From Octopus bimaculoides (Eukaryota), in NCBI RefSeq assembly GCF_001194135.2, contig NC_068986.1, forward strand, positions 113,352,312-113,395,496: DNA of 43,185 nt, written 5' to 3'. Position numbers and translations under genes: made by a program. Positions 24,041 through 35,256 of this stretch are shown piece by piece. Numbering within the stretch: the stretch's first letter is position 1; each line of letters opens with the position of its first letter. Under the pieces are notes generated by a model. That model searched no databases, was not told the origin of the DNA, and saw nothing but the letters and a program-made list of their open reading frames with translations.

Positions 24041-24256
24041 AGGCGGCAAATTGGCAGAGAGATTAGAAAGCCGGGGGGAAATGCTTACCGGTATTCCGAC
24101 TGCCTTTACATTCTGTGTTCACATTCCGCCGAGGTTGTCTTTGGCTTTCATCCTTTGGGAGTCGATAAATAAAGGACCAGGTACGTACTGGATTCGATTT
24201 AATCGACTGGCCCACTCCGCAGAAAGTTCGGGCTTTGTGCATAGAGGAGAAAAGTA
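24041..24256 (+). mobile_element. SINE family A copy
   Basis: aggcggcaaattggcagagagattagaaagccggggggaaatgcttaccggtatt..ttctgtgttcacattccgccgaggttgtctttggctttcatcctttgggagtcgataaa is collinear with 7449. Confidence 0.8.
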
Positions 24257-24260
24257 TATA

Positions 24261-24303
<43 letters not shown>

Positions 24304-24644
24304 TCATAAAAAATAAATACGCCCTTTTAAAACCTAACNNNNNNNNNNNNNNNNNNNNNNNNNNNNNNNNNNNNNNNNNNNNNNNNNNNNNNNNNNNNNN
24401 NNNNNNNNNNNNNNNNNNNNNNNNNNNNNNNNNNNNNNNNNNNNNNNNNNNNNNNNNNNNNNNNNNNNNNNNNNNNNNNNNNNNNNNNNNNNNNNNNNNN
24501 NNNNNNNNNNNNNNNNNNNNNNNNNNNNNNNNNNNNNNNNNNNNNNNNNNNNNNNNNNNNNNNNNNNNNNNNNNNNNNNNNNNNNNNNNNNNNNNNNNNN
24601 NNNNNNNNNNNNNNNNNNNNNNNNNNNNNNNNNNNNNNNNNNNN

Positions 24645-24802
24645 TCTTTTATTCAAAGCATGTCACACTGTTGTTATATCCACATAACTATGTAATCTCA
24701 AAATGTAAAGAATAAAAGTGGGAGTACATGACATCACATAGATTGATAGATAGGTAGGGAGGTAAAGTGGTGTATATATATATAAATTTATATATATATA
24801 CA
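24645..24802 (+). repeat. 158-bp exact direct repeat, copy 2
   Basis: Begins at the first base after the N-gap; identical to 23840-23997. Confidence 0.9.
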
Positions 24803-24820
24803 TACACAAACGTCTCGCAG

Positions 24821-24898
24821 AACATACAAAACCCCTAGCGATGTTCCACCCCGGCAGCAGGAGCTGGACCATGAAGAATTTGTACCGGACTTTTGCAG
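24821..24898 (+). CDS. Candidate internal exon B (78 nt, phase 2-2)
   Basis: cgtctcgcag| acceptor (weak pyrimidine tract) and cag|gtatga donor; a GC-richer island reading TYKTPSDVPPRQQELDHEEFVPDFC. Confidence 0.3.
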
Positions 24899-25014
24899 GT
24901 ATGATTTTTTTTTAAAACATTTTTTTGCAATTATCTGATAATAGAGACACAGACGTTCCCAAATGCATCAATAAATGAACATTGATATTGTTTTCACAGT
25001 TGTTACAATCATCT

Positions 25015-25207
25015 GAAACTGAATTGTCAAAACGCGATATTCGAGCAATTTTGCTATTCAACTTCAAAAGACGACGCAAAGCAGCTGCAGTTTCTCGCGT
25101 TACCAACAAAACGTTTCTTGAAGAAATGACCAGTGAGTGTTCATCTTGAAAATGGTTTGAACGATTTAGCAATGGAGACCTGAGACTTGAAGTTCGTGAG
25201 CGTAGTG
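25015..25207 (+). mobile_element. Mariner transposase N-terminal (HTH) fragment
   Basis: ELSKRDIRAILLFNFKRRRKAAAVSRVTNKTFLEEMTSECSS*KWFERFSNGDLRLEVRERS matches the Mos1-like R..LL..F..G.KA.EA.R.I...F...V....WF.RF..GD..LED..RSG pattern. Confidence 0.75.
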
Positions 25208-26201
25208 TATTCGTATAGGTAGAGATACTTACCTGAACATGGATTTATATAAGTATATACCACCGTATATTTATCTGTATGTATGCGAGTATACAAATAT
25301 TGTATCTGTACAGATGATTTATACATCACCTGATCCTACAAAATAATTTTAGCATCAAAGGAAGTCGAAGATTGAAACGAGATAAATATTTTATTAATAA
25401 CTTAACCTCCAGTTTCTTTATATCATGTGACGTTACCGTTTCTCGAATACTTAACACGATCCACTTTAACACACACACACACACTCACAAACACACATAT
25501 ATATGTGCACTTATTAGATAAGATTTGGTGAGATAAAACAAACATATACAAATTATCTTTCATAAAAAGAGCTTATCCTCTAAATCCACACGTTAACACA
25601 TCGTCATATAAATGTATATATTTATACAATATGTATAATATATAGATATATATAAATTTCTATGTATGTTTGTATATGTATATTCATTATTATATATCTG
25701 CACACACATAAATTTATATATATACTTACCTTTCGTATAGGTGTATAGATAGATAAGTAAACAAATTTTATATGTATTTTCGTATCTCTACCAGAGATAT
25801 GTGGACTTTGAAAATGCATTCATTGCCGCTACATTATGACTGGAAACCAATCCCCTTGTATATCTTCTGTATGAAGACTTATACTCGCTGTATGAATTTT
25901 ATGTTCGATGACAACTTGTAGTAGCATTAATATTAATAATCACCAATATCTCCGTAATCTGTTGCAGCATGACATTTTCATCTATCAACAATTAAGTTTT
26001 AATGGTGAAGCAATTGTATATTTTTCATGTCGTGCATTTTCAGGCACAAATATTACACGGAGGGACTTAAGATTCTTTTTCTCTTATATTTAACATTAAT
26101 TAATAAAGAAATGCGGTGAAACCTGTTTATGCATTTAGGTGATAAGTGTTTTTATTTTCAAACGTGAAACTTAAGCTAATGAATATTTCTTCTTTACATT
26201 T

Positions 26202-26412
26202 AAGACAGGAAGCTGGCAGAATTCATTACCACACCGGACAAAATACGTAGCGGCATTTCTACCGGTTTTACGCTCTGAGTTCAAATGCTGTCGGGGTAGA
26301 CTTTCCTTTCATCTTTTCGGGGTATATAAAATTAGTACCAGCTGAGTACTAGGGTCCGTGTAATCAACTTTGCCCTCCCTTGAAACGGCTCAACTTGTGC
26401 CAAAATTTGCAA
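26202..26412 (+). mobile_element. SINE family A copy
   Basis: gaagctggcagaattcatt..accggacaaaatacgtagcggcatttc..ctctgagttcaaatgctgtcggggtagactttcctttcatcttttcgggg..agtaccagctgagtactaggg. Confidence 0.8.
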
Positions 26413-26768
26413 CGGCAAGTTCTTCCTCATTTACCTCATTTCGTAAGTATTTCTGAGATTATCTCTCAGTATAACAAGAAGAATATGTTTCCACTTTTGA
26501 TGTTTCAGTTGTTCTAATCGCTGCTACAGCACCGACTTGATTTGTCCAGCCGATCGAATTAATCCAGTTATGATAATAACCAACAAAGAAAGGTTGCTTA
26601 AAGACGTTGTTTCGTCCGACGGAATTTTGCATCGGATGATGATCAGATGGTTCCCCAATTGCCTTAGTGTCGGATCCATAGCAGTTCCCGGCACATCCTT
26701 TGACATTTAAGTTCACTGAACCTAGTTGGTACATGTTACATATATTTTTGATAACACTTGTACTCAGC

Positions 26769-26778
26769 GTCACATGAC
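26769..26778. promoter_or_regulatory. Near-palindromic E-box-type motif GTCACATGAC (USF/TFE-like)
   Basis: Motif visible in a CpG-richer non-repeat segment; function not shown. Confidence 0.15.
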
Positions 26779-27134
26779 TCCGTGACTACCGCGAGGATTT
26801 AATTAGAGATAATAAAGTAGTGGGGATCCGAAAAAGATGGTGCGCGTGCGTGTTTATAAGAGAGCAGGTATGTGCGTGTGGAAGAGGACTCGTGACTTTG
26901 ACGTGTGCGTGTACGCATGTGTAGGTGTGTGGATAATGGTATGGGGCCTGCAAATGGTCAGTGCTAGTGTGTGCATGGTGGTGTGATGTGATGTCGTGTT
27001 GTGTTGTACGGTGCTGTATGGCGTGTAGTGTGTGGTGTGGTGTGGTGTTGTGATGTTGGGATGTGAGGAAGGCTAGAATAGGGAAAGCAAGGGTGAGGTG
27101 TGGGTTACGCTGAGGGTGGAGGTAGAGATGGGGT

Positions 27135-27144
27135 ATTGTGTATA

Positions 27145-27195
<51 letters not shown>
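27135..27195. repeat. (AT)n microsatellite
   Basis: Directly visible. Confidence 0.9.
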
Positions 27196-27196
<1 letters not shown>

Positions 27197-27419
27197 ATAC
27201 ACTCGCACACACACTCGTGTTTGAAAGGGTGTATTCATCTGTGCATATGCCAATGTGTGTGCGTTTGGGAGTGCTGGCGAATGAGAGAGAGAAAGAGATG
27301 CCATTCCACAACACCAGTTGTTGAATCATGACGTAACAAATGATAGAAATTGCAAAGACAGGCAACATAAATTCTGCGGTCATTGCGTCCGATCAATCAG
27401 TCCTTTTGTCTATGCACAC

Positions 27420-27456
27420 TTACACACACTTACACACACACACATACACATGCACG

Positions 27457-27522
<66 letters not shown>

Positions 27523-27530
27523 AACATACA
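27420..27530. repeat. (CA)n-(TA)n microsatellite
   Basis: Directly visible. Confidence 0.9.
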
Positions 27531-27769
27531 CATTCGTACTCACTCGCTGGTACATATACGTAAACGCATTAACACACACACGCACACACATACAACCACT
27601 GAGACATATGCATTAACACAAGCGCACACGAACAAACGAAATAACCAGGTGTACATATATGCATACACATTCATATTCTCGAGAGATCTTGTGAATTCCT
27701 TCAGTTTCCGACCAAATTTATCACTACTTCCTCTTCCTCTACTTTCGGAAACCTCACCAACCATCTGCT

Positions 27770-28075
27770 ATAACCCACCACCACTACCACCACCACTGCC
27801 ACAACAACCACCAGCAACACCATTACCACCGCCACCATCATCACTTCTGCAACAAGCACACCCAGTCACCATTCTGTGTTTCAATAATTTAATAAATTTC
27901 GCATCTGCTGAGATTTTCTCGGTGAAGAAAAATAAATTATTTAAGAGTTTGATAATATTTCCTGAACAAATTAGCTTGATCGAATCTTCGAGGGAAAGAG
28001 GGTTACAGTGGTAGTGGTAGTGGTTGTGGTAGTGGTGGGGTAGTGGTGCGAGTGGTGGTGGTGGCGATGGTAGAT
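27770..28075. repeat. (CCA)n tract (27770-27845) and complementary (GGT)n tract (28008-28072)
   Basis: Directly visible; accounts for the Pro-rich ORF 27340..28014 and the Gly-rich ORF 27768..28139. Confidence 0.8.
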
Positions 28076-28226
28076 CTGACAGAAGAGTGACTAGTGTGGT
28101 TAGATTATAGGATACGAGTAGCAGGGAGAAGGATATCAAAGGGGTGTAGTAACCTTTAGCGTTGAACTGGATGAGTCGGCAAGCGGTCGCTTAGAATGCA
28201 TGCTTCATTTATTTGTTAGTAATCAC

Positions 28227-28297
28227 TATGATCTGGTTTCAAATCTCACTGAGATCAGATTTGCCGTCGTCATCCTTTTAGAGTCGACGACAAAAGG
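28227..28297 (+). mobile_element. SINE family A internal fragment
   Basis: tatgatctggtttcaaatctcactgagatcagatttgcc..catccttttagagtcgac matches the central part of the family. Confidence 0.5.
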
Positions 28298-28459
28298 TTC
28301 GAATCCAAAGCAATGGATTGGAAGAAACATTGGAATCGAGGACATTGCGGGAGCACAAACGATTGTCTGTCTGTTTGTCGTGCTCCTTGTGTTCTGAGTT
28401 CAACTCACACTATGGCCTGATTCGCTAACAGAATTGAACCATTGCTCATTTTAACACAG

Positions 28460-28600
28460 CAAACTGGTTTCTTGGATGCCTTTAGGGGAATCCAACCTAT
28501 TGCATCCTTTCGGCCCGGCTTCTGTCTTGATCATACCTTCCACCTTCTCCCACCCTTGTATCGATGGCACTCTAGCGGCTCATAAGCACAGCCGTTACTC
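28460..28600 (+). CDS. Candidate internal exon C (141 nt, phase 2-2)
   Basis: cattttaacacag| acceptor and ctc|gtaagt donor; the only open frame gives KLVSWMPLGESNLLHPFGPASVLIIPSTFSHPCIDGTLAAHKHSRY. Confidence 0.28.
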
Positions 28601-28985
28601 GTAAGTATAAAATATTCTTTTCACGTCACCTGAAGTCAATGAGAGAGACAGATACCGATATTTCACTGTTCCACTCATCAGTGTCACATACACACTTCGT
28701 TGAGTTCGGGGCCGATTTAGCATCACTTAGCGTTCAAACATGATCTGATTATTATTTTCCTTTTTAACTCTATATAGTTCTTTAGAAGGTTGTCCTTTAG
28801 ACAAGATACTGCATCTTTGTCGCATTTAACAACATATATATATCAACTGTTATATTGCTTACATTAAAGGGCTGCTTCTGACAAAAAAAAAAATTGGATT
28901 TTGTTTTACTTGTGCGACGCTCTATCACACCAGCAAATAGATTTAAGGTATTTGTGTACATAGTTTTATTCGTTTCGGATGTAAC

Positions 28986-29033
28986 GGAGTATGAGAGTCT
29001 GATGAGCGGCAAAATCTGCCAAATGTCCATACT
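28986..29033 (+). other. Degenerate minimal hammerhead-ribozyme-like motif
   Basis: ggagtatg-agagt-CTGATGA-gc-ggca-aaatc-tgcc-AAA-t-GTC-catact contains the core CUGAUGA, a ggca/tgcc stem, a GUC triplet and agtatg/catact complementarity; the G of GAAA is missing. Confidence 0.35.
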
Positions 29034-30099
29034 GTCGCTCTCGTTCACTTTCTGTGTAGTTTTCTTTCGCTTTCAAGTATGCTGTGCTATTTTAACGCTT
29101 AACGTCTTTAAAGGAATCGCGCTGGTGTTTAACAATACGCATGCATTAAGTATATAATTTTGATACTGTTTAGTTCATTTGTGTATTTGAGAATTTCCCT
29201 ATTGCGTGAAATGAACTGCATATATACATCGGAAACCAAGCGCGAGTTTGTAGATAGAAACCCAGATCTAATGAGACCAACTTCTCTGTGGTGTTTGGTC
29301 TGCAAAACTCTATACAGATCCAATTTAAGCACTGTCCCCTTCAGCCATTCTTTAAACCAGTAACATTTATTGTGTTATTTTTTGTCATTTTGGTGCCTCT
29401 ATCCAACGGAATTGTACACATATTCAGTTAACATTAACAAAAGAAGCAACTAAGCGACAACGAAGTTCTCATGTGACTTCAAATGCCTCGTTGAATGAAC
29501 TGATTCAGTTCCTTATATTGTGCAGATAACTTGATAATTTGTAATCGAAGTCTCAGATGAGTGTTTTCGGCCTAAATGCACCTATGGAAATATGGAATTG
29601 ATTAGACAGAAATATAAGCCTTGGTTTATGAATAAAATTATATAAAAACAGAGATACTTGTCAACTAAAAAAAATAATGTCAGCGCTCCGATATTAGGGT
29701 AAAATAAATACGGGATTCTCTTGACAGGACCGTATCTCAATTTGTTGGTCACTTCTCAGAGAAGATTTACCAAATCTCTTCCTTCACTCCATAGCATAGA
29801 ATTCTTATATATACCAGTCGCTAATATCGCTATTGCTTTGGCGATTAACCTGTATATTTTTGCTTTAGAATATTCCTCATTAAAGATACGGTGCACGGTG
29901 TATGTACAACACAGAGTAAAACTGATTTACAGAAAAGAAGTTGAATGTTACAAAATCTTAAATCTGATTATCAACAACGTAACAGCGTAAACACATACAT
30001 TATATATCTACCTCTCTATGGTTGTAAATATTCATGTGTATGCGCATGCGTCTGCGTATAAATGTACATATATAAACATATACGTATCTATATTTACAT

Positions 30100-30222
30100 A
30101 TATATGTGTGTGTGTGTGCGTGTGTTTGTGCGTGTGTTTGTGCGTGTGTGTGTGTTTGTATGTCTGTGTGTGTGTGTGTGTGTGTGTGTGGAGCACTCAT
30201 TTTCATTGTTCGACATTTACGC

Positions 30223-30255
<33 letters not shown>
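30100..30255. repeat. (GT)n and (AT)n microsatellites
   Basis: Directly visible. Confidence 0.9.
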
Positions 30256-30258
<3 letters not shown>

Positions 30259-30973
30259 AGGGGTTCACTTATCGCACCCTTAGTATATCGCGGGTTTCTG
30301 TGGCCGATAGCTATTTATATTTTTTTTTCATTTTAATTACATCTGAGCGAGGTTTTGGAACGTAACAGGCGCGATAGTCGAGGAAATACTGTATATGCAG
30401 TTGTTATATGCGCACACACACTCACACACGCATTCACAGAGACACGTTATAAGTGTACACGTACACATTTTCACACTTGTATATTTATAGCGAAAAGATA
30501 ACAAGATGATAGATGTGTTGATGAAGCACTGTGCGGATGTCTGTAACTTTCTGTGTCGCTGTAATAATCTTGCTTATGAGCATGACCTATAACTCCAACG
30601 TTTTAATCAACCTGGTTTTCCAGCCCCACCCAGAATATTATCATGACATAACACTTCGTCTACCACACCTCATTCTTAAATTTCTCTTCAACCATCTACC
30701 AATCCTTACGTACTTTAACTTGATAATACTGGCTATTCTTTCCACTCCCTGTTTCCTAACCTCGCAATACACCCACTGACTTGCCGAGGGGAAGATGTGC
30801 CCATAATACCACAGAGCTCCTAATTAACCGAAATAACATATAGTATTCCACTTGCCTGAAAATTATATGTGTACGTAGTGTATATATACTTCTTTTCTAC
30901 TCTAGACACAAGGCCCGTACTTAGCGTATATATAGAATACAAAGAGAAATAAATATATTTGAAAAAAGTGGAT

Positions 30974-31076
30974 AGAAATGGCTTTTCTGATTATTTTCCC
31001 ACTTTAATGATTAGATGTCTCTAAGTTATAAACATCTAATGATTAAAGTGGAAAAATTATCAGAAAAGCCATTTCT
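30974..31076. repeat. 45-bp inverted repeat (42/45 matches) with a 13-nt loop
   Basis: agaaatggcttttctgattattttcccactttaatgattagatgt (30974-31018) versus its near reverse complement at 31032-31076. Confidence 0.9.
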
Positions 31077-31110
31077 GTTCATTTTGTTTACAAATACATA
31101 CACGCACGCA

Positions 31111-31152
<42 letters not shown>

Positions 31153-31282
31153 TAGATAGATAGATAAAGATATATNNNNNNNNNNNNNNNNNNNNNNNNN
31201 NNNNNNNNNNNNNNNNNNNNNNNNNNNNNNNNNNNNNNNNNNNNNNNNNNNNNNNNNNNNNNNNNNNNNNNNNNNNNNNNNN

Positions 31283-31327
<45 letters not shown>

Positions 31328-32394
31328 AACATTTCATGTTACGCTCAGAAGCAATGTACGATACCAGGATGTTCGAATGGAGTCGATAAACACACGTCCA
31401 TACGCCGTCACCTTTCTCCATCTCTTACATCAATGAGCTATGGCTCGGTTATCGACGTAACGTTTTCTTCCCCGCTGTCCATTTAAGTGCTTTGCATTGG
31501 ATCTCATGTTGCTCGGACTCACGACGTTTGGCTTTATTTTCTTCGCTGTTTCCAATCTTCACACCCACGTATATATGTGTGTGCGTTAATACCTGCATGT
31601 ATAAGTTTACTCACACCTGTGTAATCATTTTATTAGATCTTGCCATTACTCTACATCATTCTAACAGACAATTCTCCCTTAGTACCCAGAGAACCACATC
31701 CTACACCCATCTATTCACATTTCCATTCCACTACCCTTACTATATAAGACAATACTGTAAATGTAAAATCGGATATCGGAAACACTCAGCAACAAAGCAA
31801 TGATATATAAAATAAAACGTAGAGGGAGCATTGCAGATCCTTCAGGATGCATTAAGCTAATGTCGTCTAGTTTATGGTATCTCTTGACTTGATCTTTGTC
31901 ACTTTGACTTCTCTAATAACATCCTTTTTTTCTTTAATTCCATTATTAACCTTCTCAAGAAATTGCTTTGTGGGCTTTTCATTTAGCAAATTGACTGCAT
32001 CTTCTTTTTTCCATTCAAGTTGTCACATCAGAAACGAATAGCGCTGATACATTTCTAGAATGGGAAGAAAAGTAAATCAGGGGAAAATGAAATTATATGC
32101 ATTGGGCTAACTCCCTCTACCCTTCACTCCTTTCTACTTTCTACATCACTGTACATATATGTATGGACACACACGCACGCAGACACACACACACTTACAC
32201 ACACATAGACATAAAAACACACAAACGCACACACACACGCACATATACACATGCAGAAATATACACATGCCTACAGATGTATGGTTTATACATATGCTAT
32301 ATTTTTTGCTAATGTAAAACAAAATTGCTAAATTTCAAGGTAGAACTCAATACATTATACATATGTAGGTGTTCTTGTTTTTGCTATTGTTATG

Positions 32395-32502
32395 GTTGTT
32401 GTTGTTATTATTATTATCATCATTAATATTATTATATTATCATTATTATTATTATTATTATCATTAATATTATTATATTATCTTTATTATTATTATCATC
32501 AC

Positions 32503-32545
<43 letters not shown>
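32395..32545. repeat. (GTT)n-(ATT)n degenerate microsatellite
   Basis: Directly visible. Confidence 0.9.
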
Positions 32546-32546
<1 letters not shown>

Positions 32547-32849
32547 CTTCCTGCGTGCATTATATTTCATGACTAAAATATTCAAATACATTGTAAGCGC
32601 ATAAGCCTTAACATAATCTGAATTCGTATGTTCTCCGAAATTACTTCACTTCTTTCTTCTCATTCACTTCTAATGGAAACAATAGGAGAGATTTTGCAGA
32701 ATGAGATATGCATCAGACTCAACCAGTTGTTGTTTCTGTGTATTTGAGGTGGTGGGGGGGGCATTATGATGTGGTATATCTTCATAACGGTTACCTCTTC
32801 TTCCTTGTTATCATAATGTTCTGGTCTTTGTACCTACGACTTTTCGCAG

Positions 32850-32912
32850 GTGTCTGTTGTATTCAGTCATGATTCAGAAGTTTGGAACCAAAGGTTTTAG
32901 AAAACCGCAGAG
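32850..32912 (+). CDS. Candidate internal exon D (63 nt, phase 2-2)
   Basis: gacttttcgcag| acceptor and gag|gtaaat donor; the only open frame gives CLLYSVMIQKFGTKGFRKPQ. Confidence 0.3.
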
Positions 32913-33066
32913 GTAAATTATTGTTGAATCATTGTTAAATTTGGTAGGTTAATTAGCAATTTCGCGTGAGTTTAATCCCTGGAGTGTGATCTTTTCATTT
33001 AGTCTGAATGTAGTCTGGATATATAAATGTGAAATCCACTTGATTATTTCCCTTGTTTTTGTATAG

Positions 33067-33103
33067 GATCTTGAAGATTACTTTCACAGGAGGTTCAATC
33101 TAG
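33067..33103 (+). CDS. Candidate terminal coding exon E
   Basis: Strong acceptor ttatttcccttgtttttgtatag|, 154 nt after the exon D donor; the phase-2 frame gives ILKITFTGGSI*. Confidence 0.25.
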
Positions 33104-34419
33104 TGGAAAAGTGAAAGACACTAAATGTGATGTCTTACGATAAAAGCGATGTCTAATAGTCACTCATTTGCATATCGTTACATTCGTGATTTATGCCAAT
33201 TAATTATCTGAAGTAATGAGATTGTGTTTATTTGTGGTGAATTGTAAATAAATTTACGTGCCTACGTTTAATAACCAAGCAACTACCTTGAATCTGCTAA
33301 GAGACCCGCTGTTTAATTAACAGTTCTACCCTGTATATGGCCAGGAATTCATTGCTAACTGAGCCTCGAACTGACATTCTCAGTGTGATGTCTATAAATA
33401 GTAAAATAATAGGCTCCAGAAACAATACCGAACACATTAATTATTCTTGTTTGCCCAATGATTTCCTAGATCCGTGTAAAGTACACATTGCACTGTGTTT
33501 GTATTTTTAGGGCAAGTAAATAAGAGAGTGTTTGCGCCTGAGCGTGCATGATGCAGTGTTCTGAAGGAAGGAGTATCAAGCAACGATATAGTCTGGACTT
33601 CGAGCTCTTAATGTATGTTAATCTCACGTCAGACATAACCTCAAAGCACACACAAGACCAAAACGGTTAAACAATGTCGAATGTAAGTCATTTCATTTCA
33701 GTGTCATCAGTTCTACTCTTTGTTATATTTAACGCTCTTAATGTCTGCTTGTGTGGTATTTTGGTTGCTAGTACGTAAATTATGAACACTTGAGATGAAA
33801 GCTAAAAATAGACCTCGTTTAATTTGAGCTCATAATGTGAAGAGCCAAGCGCTGGAAGAAGCAGTGCAAAGAAATCTTTCTAACATTCTAACATTCCGTC
33901 AGTATGATTCTCTCACTGTCATAAATAATGTTAACATGTTATAGTACCAATCAAATATATGATATATAAATACTGGATTTCTTTATTTTGATATCATCTG
34001 CGAAAAAGGAATCTGCTTTTATAGCTTCTTTCATATTTCAACAAGTCAGAAATAATGATTGTAGCACCCTTCAAAATTAAGCATTTGTTCTTACACTAGT
34101 GACGGGAGGGGAAGGTAGGATGTAATAACCAAATATTATCACTGGATGGGAGATAGGTTTGGAACAAATCAGTCACCGATTGCTAAAATCTCAAAGAAGA
34201 CACACAATGTTGTTACGGAGAAGACAAACGATATTGTTAAGCAGAAGACAAACGATGTTGTAAAACTACCTGGCAACAGTCTCGAAATACGAGCGTCAAG
34301 TTTGGAAAGATGGATGACAAGACAGAGCGAATTCATATCGGACTGCACAAGTTCATCTCTGTATGAGCCGTCCACGGAAGCATTCCGATGACTCTGTCGC
34401 AGTTCATGTCCAACAAGCT

Positions 34420-34540
34420 ACCCTCGTGAAAAATGCTTAACTCGTTGCTACAATAAAAAGATATCTAAACAAAATTCCACACACTGAGATTGAAATCCGA
34501 ACCTTCTAGTTACAAAACAAGCGTTTTAATCACACGCCTA
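34420..34540 (-). mobile_element. Degraded tRNA-derived SINE head (family C)
   Basis: Reverse complement ggcgtgtgattaaaacgcttgttttgtaactagaaGGTTCGGATTTCaatctcagtgtgtgg has A/B-box-like spacing. Confidence 0.4.
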
Positions 34541-34654
34541 TACGTGCACAACTATCTGTGCGTATCTGTAGATCAGGTTTATCTTTCTGCTTGAATTCCA
34601 ATATGATTGGCTACACCTAGAAGTTTGAAACTGAATTTGTTGGTTTGCATGTGA

Positions 34655-34705
<51 letters not shown>

Positions 34706-34919
34706 TGTGTGTGTGTGCGTACGTGTGTGCGAGTAGATGTGAAATACGAAAATGCTCACCATAACTATAGCACGGCAGTAAACACGAGATAATGTAGGAA
34801 TGGCAAGCACTTCCGTTCTGTCTGAATTCTTCCAGATTGATATTTTCACAAATAGAAGTGTGAATTAACCCGACCGTTAGATTTCCTCTATATCAGAGCT
34901 CTGCCTGTCATTCCATAAT

Positions 34920-35209
34920 TACATGTACATATATAGATTTACCTATATGTATCTCTGCTTGTACATACGTATGTTGCATGCAAGCATCTACTCACGTAAT
35001 CCTGAATATATCTATGCATACGTATCTATGTTTATAATTGTATATACATGCACATACATACTTACACATATATATTTGTGTACATATGTATTGGTGTATA
35101 TATACATATATGCACCCACACATGCGCCTTTCTCTTTCTATATGTGCGTACAAATACTTATATCTATATATACACATATATGTATTTATATGTGTATAAT
35201 GAACATTGA

Positions 35210-35256
<47 letters not shown>

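Noticed and set aside
27340-28014. 224-aa ORF with a proline-rich segment
   Set aside because: Assembled from (CA)n, (TA)n and (CCA)n tracts; non-ATG start; no domain.
29380-29660. Possible additional mariner fragment
   Set aside because: Only vague similarity; no WVPH or D..D motif was readable.
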